A stretch of DNA of 10,425 nucleotides from Candidatus Tremblayella phenacoccinincola (GTDB lineage Bacteria; Pseudomonadota; Gammaproteobacteria; Burkholderiales; Burkholderiaceae): the NCBI RefSeq assembly GCF_002682985.1, contig NZ_MKGN01000008.1:1-10425 (forward strand), in the 5' to 3' direction. Under the pieces are notes generated by a model. That model saw nothing but the letters and a program-made list of their open reading frames with translations. It searched no databases and was not told the origin of the DNA. The translations under genes and the position numbers were made by a program. Positions 7,071 to 10,425 of the stretch are shown here, piece by piece (the stretch's first letter is position 1; the number at the start of each line of letters is the position of its first letter).

Positions 7071-7142
7071 AGCACCTGACTGGGTTTGAACCAGTGTCCT
7101 CAACGCTATGTATGTTGAAAGAATATATGGAACTACAGGTGT
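7071..7142 (-). tRNA. tRNA-like element with a CAU anticodon candidate and no D-stem (atypical tRNA or tRNA pseudogene)
   Basis: The 72-nt minus-strand read is ACACCTG TA GTTCCATATATTCTTT CAACA TACATAG CGTTG AGGAC ACTGG TTCAAAC CCAGT CAGGTGC T. The T-arm is perfect. The acceptor has 6/7 pairs, with A1 and C72 unpaired. The variable loop is 5 nt. The anticodon stem has 4 pairs plus an A.C mismatch, and the loop is TA-CAT-AG, with A where U33 is expected. The 16 nt in the D-arm position cannot form a stem and lack GG. Confidence 0.4.
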
Positions 7143-7162
7143 TCAATAAGGTAACATCAGGT

Positions 7163-7438
7163 CTAAGAAGTTGCTATTCTACTGAATGTTCCTAAGTATA
7201 CAGTGTTTTTAAAAAGGTAGTCACTTAGTTGACCGTAGAGAAACCATCTAACGTTTGGGTTTGATAGGTTCAGTCTGTATTCGTTAATAAGAGTCGTTTG
7301 TTTTCTTAGCCAGTCGTTCCATGCTTTCTTAGACACATTCTTATATATCTTAACCCCAAGCTTATTAGTAAAAGGGGGCATATCAAACCCATCCAACATA
7401 GAACCAACCTTAACACAAAATACACTACGTTTATACAT
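7163..7438 (-). CDS. yggX: Fe(2+)-trafficking / oxidative-damage protection protein YggX family
   Basis: A 91-aa protein colinear with E. coli YggX: VFCVKVGSMLDGFDMPPFTNKLGVKIYKNVSKKAWNDWLRKQTTLINEYRLNLSNP against [56 protein letters not shown]. The Shine-Dalgarno AAGAGG (plus strand 7447-7452) lies 8 nt upstream of the ATG. Confidence 0.9.
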   Translation of the reverse strand: MYKRSVFCVKVGSMLDGFDMPPFTNKLGVKIYKNVSKKAWNDWLRKQTTLINEYRLNLSNPNVRWFLYGQLSDYLFKNTVYLGTFSRIATS

Positions 7439-7587
7439 TTAATTAACCTCTTTATTGTTGTTGCTAGGGCTATATCATTGTGTCGTAAGTCGTCCATCAA
7501 GAAGGTTCATGTGGGGTTTGTGGTTCATATGCATTTTAACTGAAATGTAGTTCATAGTGGGTTCCTATATAAAAGCACAAAGAGGAT

Positions 7588-8691
7588 ATGCATAATTCAA
7601 TTGGTAAGCTGGTATCCATAACCATATTTGGAGAATCTCATGGCTGTATTGTAGGCTGTTTAGTTGATGGATGCCCTTCTAACTTGCCTTTGTACAATAA
7701 TGAGGTACAACAAGAGCTGGATCGTAGGAAACCAGGTAAGTCAGCGTACGTTTCACAAAGATCAGAAAAGGACAATGTTAAGATTCTATCTGGAGTTTTT
7801 AACAACAAAACAACAGGCAGTCCGATAACACTGGTAATCGAAAACACTGATTGTAGAAGCAATGATTACTTCAACCTTAAAGAAGCATTCAGGCCAGGAC
7901 ACGCGGACTATACGTATGCTCAGAAATATAAACATAGAGACTATAGAGGCGGTGGAAGAGCGTCGGCTAGAGTAACAGCTGCAGTTGTTGCCGGTGGTTC
8001 TGTCTCTAAGAAATGGATAAGGCTTAATCATGGTTCTCAGGTTAAAGGCTATCTCAGTGTGTTGAAAGACATAGCTATTCCTTTTATCCATTGGACATAC
8101 GTTAATAACAACTGCTTTTTTAGTCCTAACATTAGCTACATAACTACTTTGTCCAAACAGCTACTCTCTCTGATCAAGACTGGAAACTCAGCAGGATCCC
8201 GACTAGCATTAATAATGACCAATCTACCAACTGGCATAGGGGAACCGCTTTTCAATAAGTTAGATGCTAGCATAGCATGTGGTTTAATGAGTCTTAATGC
8301 CGTTAAGAACGTAGATATAGGTTCAGGATACCTGAGCTCTTCAAAAACTGGTCTAGAACTAAACGATGCTTTAACTCCAGATGGCTTTTTAAGTAACCAT
8401 TCAGGCGGCATATTAGGTGGTCTATCCACAGGCAGTGATATAGTCTCTTTTATATCTATAAAACCAACGTCTAGTATATCCTTGTTCAAACGCTCTGTAA
8501 GTGACAACAATAAACCAGTCTTTTTAAGAACTAAAGGAAGACATGACCCGTGTATTGGAATAAGAGCAGTCCCGGTAGCCGAGGCAATAGTGTGCGTAAT
8601 TATCATGGACTTTATACTACATTTCCATTTTAGTGAAGGGTACCGAAATAGTAACAGTCACCTTGTGCATCCAAAAGCCTATATGTACTAA
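7588..8691 (+). CDS. aroC: Chorismate synthase
   Basis: Matching segments: FGESHG, LDRRKPG, KILSGVF, TGSPITLVIENTD, FRPGHADYTYAQKY, RDYRGGGRASARVTA and KGRHDPCIGIRAVPVAEA. It is colinear with E. coli AroC over the full 367 aa. Confidence 0.95.
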   Translation: MHNSIGKLVSITIFGESHGCIVGCLVDGCPSNLPLYNNEVQQELDRRKPGKSAYVSQRSEKDNVKILSGVFNNKTTGSPITLVIENTDCRSNDYFNLKEAFRPGHADYTYAQKYKHRDYRGGGRASARVTAAVVAGGSVSKKWIRLNHGSQVKGYLSVLKDIAIPFIHWTYVNNNCFFSPNISYITTLSKQLLSLIKTGNSAGSRLALIMTNLPTGIGEPLFNKLDASIACGLMSLNAVKNVDIGSGYLSSSKTGLELNDALTPDGFLSNHSGGILGGLSTGSDIVSFISIKPTSSISLFKRSVSDNNKPVFLRTKGRHDPCIGIRAVPVAEAIVCVIIMDFILHFHFSEGYRNSNSHLVHPKAYMY

Positions 8692-8783
8692 CAACACATA
8701 AGAAAAGGTTGTTAACTCAGTTGGTAACTAAGAACTCCCAAAGCCTAGCTAAGAACTCCATCTCTCTAACTAACTTTTAAATA

Positions 8784-8790
8784 GAGGAGG
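8784..8790 (+). promoter_or_regulatory. Shine-Dalgarno GAGGAGG for infC
   Basis: gaggagg at 8784-8790 is followed after 4 nt by the first of five in-frame ATA codons (8795). No ATG, GTG or TTG lies in frame between the upstream TAA (8771-8773) and the conserved IF3 N-terminal residues. Confidence 0.55.
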
Positions 8791-8794
8791 CAGC

Positions 8795-9427
8795 ATAACC
8801 ATAAGTATAACCATAAACATAACCTCAACTAAACGGATTAATGGTGACCCCTCAACGTCCAAAGTAAGAGTAACCGGCTTAAACAAAGAACTATTAGGAA
8901 CTATGAACTTAGAAGAAGCCTTAAACATATCCAAAAGGTTAGATACAGATCTTATTGAAACATCACCTAACAGCTTTCCCCCAGCTTGCTGCCTAATGGA
9001 TCACGGCAAGTACAAATACAGATCTTCAAAAAAGAAACAAAAAGATAAAGCTAAACAAAAGACCATGCAAACAAAAGAAGTTAAGTTTACTCCTAACATT
9101 GGTAAGAAAGATTACAGAATTAAGATGCGTCAGTTAGTTAGCTTTTTAGAGAAAGGAAACAAAGTTAAGGTCATTGTTAAATTCAAAGGACGAGAGCTAT
9201 GTTTTAAATATATGGGCTTTGAGATTCTCAAAGATATCCAAACCGATCTTTCAGGCCTCTGCTCAGTTGAACACTCTAAAAGAAAAGAAGACAAAACCAT
9301 TTCAATGCTCCTAACAACATTAAACCAAAGAAAGCCTAAACAACATAAAGTGGAATGCATAAAACGAAACCCAAACCTAACAGAAGCGCAGTCAAGCGTT
9401 TCAAGTGTAATAGAACCGGATGTATAA
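8795..9427 (+). CDS. infC: Translation initiation factor IF-3 with a non-AUG (ATA) start and a C-terminal extension
   Basis: IF3 homology extends about 23 codons upstream of the track's ATG at 8903. KRINGDPSTSKVRVTGLNKELLGTMNLEEALNISKRLDTDLIETSPNSFPPACCLMDHGKYKY aligns with E. coli [63 protein letters not shown]. ATA at 8795 places the RING arginine at residue 14, as in E. coli. The exact ATA used is uncertain (8795, 8801, 8807, 8813 or 8819). Confidence 0.8.
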   Translation: MTISITINITSTKRINGDPSTSKVRVTGLNKELLGTMNLEEALNISKRLDTDLIETSPNSFPPACCLMDHGKYKYRSSKKKQKDKAKQKTMQTKEVKFTPNIGKKDYRIKMRQLVSFLEKGNKVKVIVKFKGRELCFKYMGFEILKDIQTDLSGLCSVEHSKRKEDKTISMLLTTLNQRKPKQHKVECIKRNPNLTEAQSSVSSVIEPDV

Positions 9428-9555
9428 AGAAACGTAAAGCTTTTAGAAGTCATTTGTTAACCAAGAAGTGCTCTAAGAACAAAAGGAGATTACATCAGGG
9501 TTCCTATGTTCATAGCTCAGATTCCGAAAGGGTTAGGCGCTTGCTGTGTCAATAA
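9355..9555 (+). CDS. rpmI: 50S ribosomal protein L35
   Basis: MHKTKPKPNRSAVKRFKCNRTG...RSHLLTKKCSKNKRRL aligns with E. coli [21 protein letters not shown]...LRHILTKKATKRKRHL. The length is 66 aa. Confidence 0.9.
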   Translation: MHKTKPKPNRSAVKRFKCNRTGCIKKRKAFRSHLLTKKCSKNKRRLHQGSYVHSSDSERVRRLLCQ

Positions 9556-9567
9556 TGGGAGACTGTC

Positions 9568-9969
9568 TTGACCAGAGTAAAAAGAGGAGTAACTTCTCGC
9601 TTCAGACACAAGAAGCTTGTTAGGTTAGCTAAAGGGTTTAGGGGTAGGAGAAAGAACGTATATCGTATTGCTAAACAAGCAGTAATGAAGTCTCAACAGT
9701 ATTCCTATATTGGACGCAAAAGGAAGAAAAGAACTTATAGGTCTTTGTGGGTTATACATATCAATATAGCAAGCCGTAAATATGGATTAAACTATAGTAC
9801 GTTAATGAAACAGCTAAGACTCAACGGAATTGTTCTTAACAGGAAACAGCTTTCAGATCTTATCGAATACGACTCCAGCATATTTAAAGCTATAGTTGGT
9901 TCCATCACATATAGTACCTGGGATAACAACAGCAATAGGAACTACAGTAGGAATACCATTAACACATAG
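9568..9969 (+). CDS. rplT: 50S ribosomal protein L20 (TTG start, non-homologous C-terminal tail)
   Basis: (M)TRVKRGVTSRFRHKKLVRLAKGFRGRRKNVYRIAKQAVMKSQQYSYIGRKRKKRTYRSLWVIHINIASR aligns with E. coli [70 protein letters not shown]. The last ~20 residues (GSITYSTWDNNSNRNYSRNTINT) have no L20 counterpart. Confidence 0.9.
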   Translation: MTRVKRGVTSRFRHKKLVRLAKGFRGRRKNVYRIAKQAVMKSQQYSYIGRKRKKRTYRSLWVIHINIASRKYGLNYSTLMKQLRLNGIVLNRKQLSDLIEYDSSIFKAIVGSITYSTWDNNSNRNYSRNTINT

Positions 9970-10297
9970 AAACTACTCTAATAGTGTTTCTTTTACAACA
10001 GGGTCTATATCCTATAAAAGCAAACCTAACTGGAGTCTAGACCTAAATAAGAAGCAAACAATAATAATGTATATGTATGCAAGTAATATAACTAAGCTAA
10101 AAGAAAAGCTATTAAAAAGTAGGTTCTCAAATAAGATCCCAATTGCAATAGTGTCTTCAAGTTCTAATAAAGACCAAAAGCTAATAATAAGTAATATAAA
10201 AAGCATAGAAAGCTTAACATATAATAATACAACACCATCTATACTTATAATAGGATATATAATAAACCTATATAGAGGCCTAACTACATTCAATTAA
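9896..10297 (+). pseudogene. cobA: C-terminal half only of a uroporphyrinogen-III C-methyltransferase (CobA/CysG, TP_methylase family); probably a truncated remnant
   Basis: HIVPGITTAIGTTVGIPLTHRNYSNSVSFTTGS...KQTIIMYM...IPIAIVSSSSNKDQKLIISNI...TPSILIIGYIINL is colinear with E. coli CysG [35 protein letters not shown]...KQTLVFYM...[21 protein letters not shown]...SPSLIIIGRVVGL. The frame is closed by TAG at 9893-9895 immediately upstream. The N-terminal ~110 aa, which carries the GxGxGD SAM-binding half, is absent from every frame. The fragment overlaps rplT by 74 nt. Confidence 0.6.
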
Positions 10298-10369
10298 TAA
10301 GAACATACCCTTCTAAACCTATTCTACCCCCCTTCTCTAACAACTAACCCTAAAAAGGAAAAGGACTAG

Positions 10370-10425
10370 ATGTCTTTATGGGACGGCAGGTTTAAAGAAA
10401 AGCTAAACATAATGTTTGAACACTT
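10370..10425 (+). CDS. argH: Argininosuccinate lyase, 5' end (runs off the window)
   Basis: MSLWDGRFKEKLNIMFEH aligns with E. coli ArgH MALWGGRFTQAADQRFKQF and shares the characteristic LWGGRF N-terminus. AAGGA lies just upstream. Only 18 codons are visible. Confidence 0.7.
   Translation, partial: MSLWDGRFKEKLNIMFEH

Noticed and set aside
7638-8606. Three minus-strand ORFs inside aroC (7638..7862, 7786..8091, 8136..8606)
   Set aside because: All are antisense to full-length, motif-rich chorismate synthase. No independent support exists.
8903-9427. ATG at 8903 as the infC start (as in the ORF track)
   Set aside because: It would remove about 23 residues (KRINGD...VRVTGLNKELLGT) that align with the conserved IF3 N-terminal domain. 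An in-frame non-AUG start behind a strong Shine-Dalgarno explains the data better.
9842-9892. Possible upstream continuation of cobA homology (GNSF... resembling GDPF...) in the cobA frame
   Set aside because: This stretch lies inside the still-conserved L20 coding region in another frame. It is interrupted by TAA (9815) and TAG (9893), and it matches only 3-4 residues. It is most likely chance.
922-10293. Other antisense ORFs: 922..1140, 1876..2061, 2170..2484, 4189..4473, 7306..7500, 9130..9453, 10012..10293
   Set aside because: Each is embedded opposite a better-supported gene: the DUF2059 ORF, pheA, rpsA, yggX, infC/rpmI or the cobA fragment. They are low-complexity or hydrophobic and have no recognisable domains.
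1-10425. UGA-to-Trp recoding (genetic code 4), as in some tiny symbiont genomes
   Set aside because: All conserved genes are full length under the standard code. Trp positions use TGG, and TGA serves as the pheA stop at the expected protein end.
1-10425. CRISPR arrays, transposons, integrases, prophage, toxin-antitoxin or defence islands
   Set aside because: There are no repeat-spacer periodicity, no terminal inverted repeats and no ORFs with such signatures. Every sizeable ORF is accounted for by housekeeping or biosynthetic homologs, apart from the DUF2059-like gene.

Overview
The window reads as part of a strongly reduced, AT-rich bacterial genome, most likely an obligate nutritional endosymbiont. 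That assignment is an inference, and a Tremblaya-like betaproteobacterial lineage is only a low-confidence guess from synteny.

Almost every convincing gene falls into one of two classes:
- Translation core: tmRNA, rpsA, rpsP, rplS, infC, rpmI, rplT, and one tRNA-like element.
- Essential amino-acid synthesis: pheA, aroA, aroC, metF, and the argH 5' end.

Three items fall outside those classes: yggX, one uncharacterised exported DUF2059-like ORF, and a C-terminal fragment of a cobA/cysG-type methyltransferase.

I see no CRISPR array, transposase, integrase, toxin or defence-like gene, and no evidence of UGA recoding. The interesting material is genome-erosion architecture:
- Operon skeletons with the usual middle genes missing.
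- A deletion scar that fuses the rplT 3' end to the middle of cobA.
- An infC with a non-AUG start inside an (ATAANN)x5 hexamer array, and a lost stop codon that runs it 73 nt into rpmI.
- A short tmRNA with an unresolved tag.
- A tRNA-like gene with no D-stem.
- An unexplained G-rich, repeat-bearing region of about 340 nt at the left edge.

All protein identifications rest on motifs and family sequences recalled from memory. No database search was possible.
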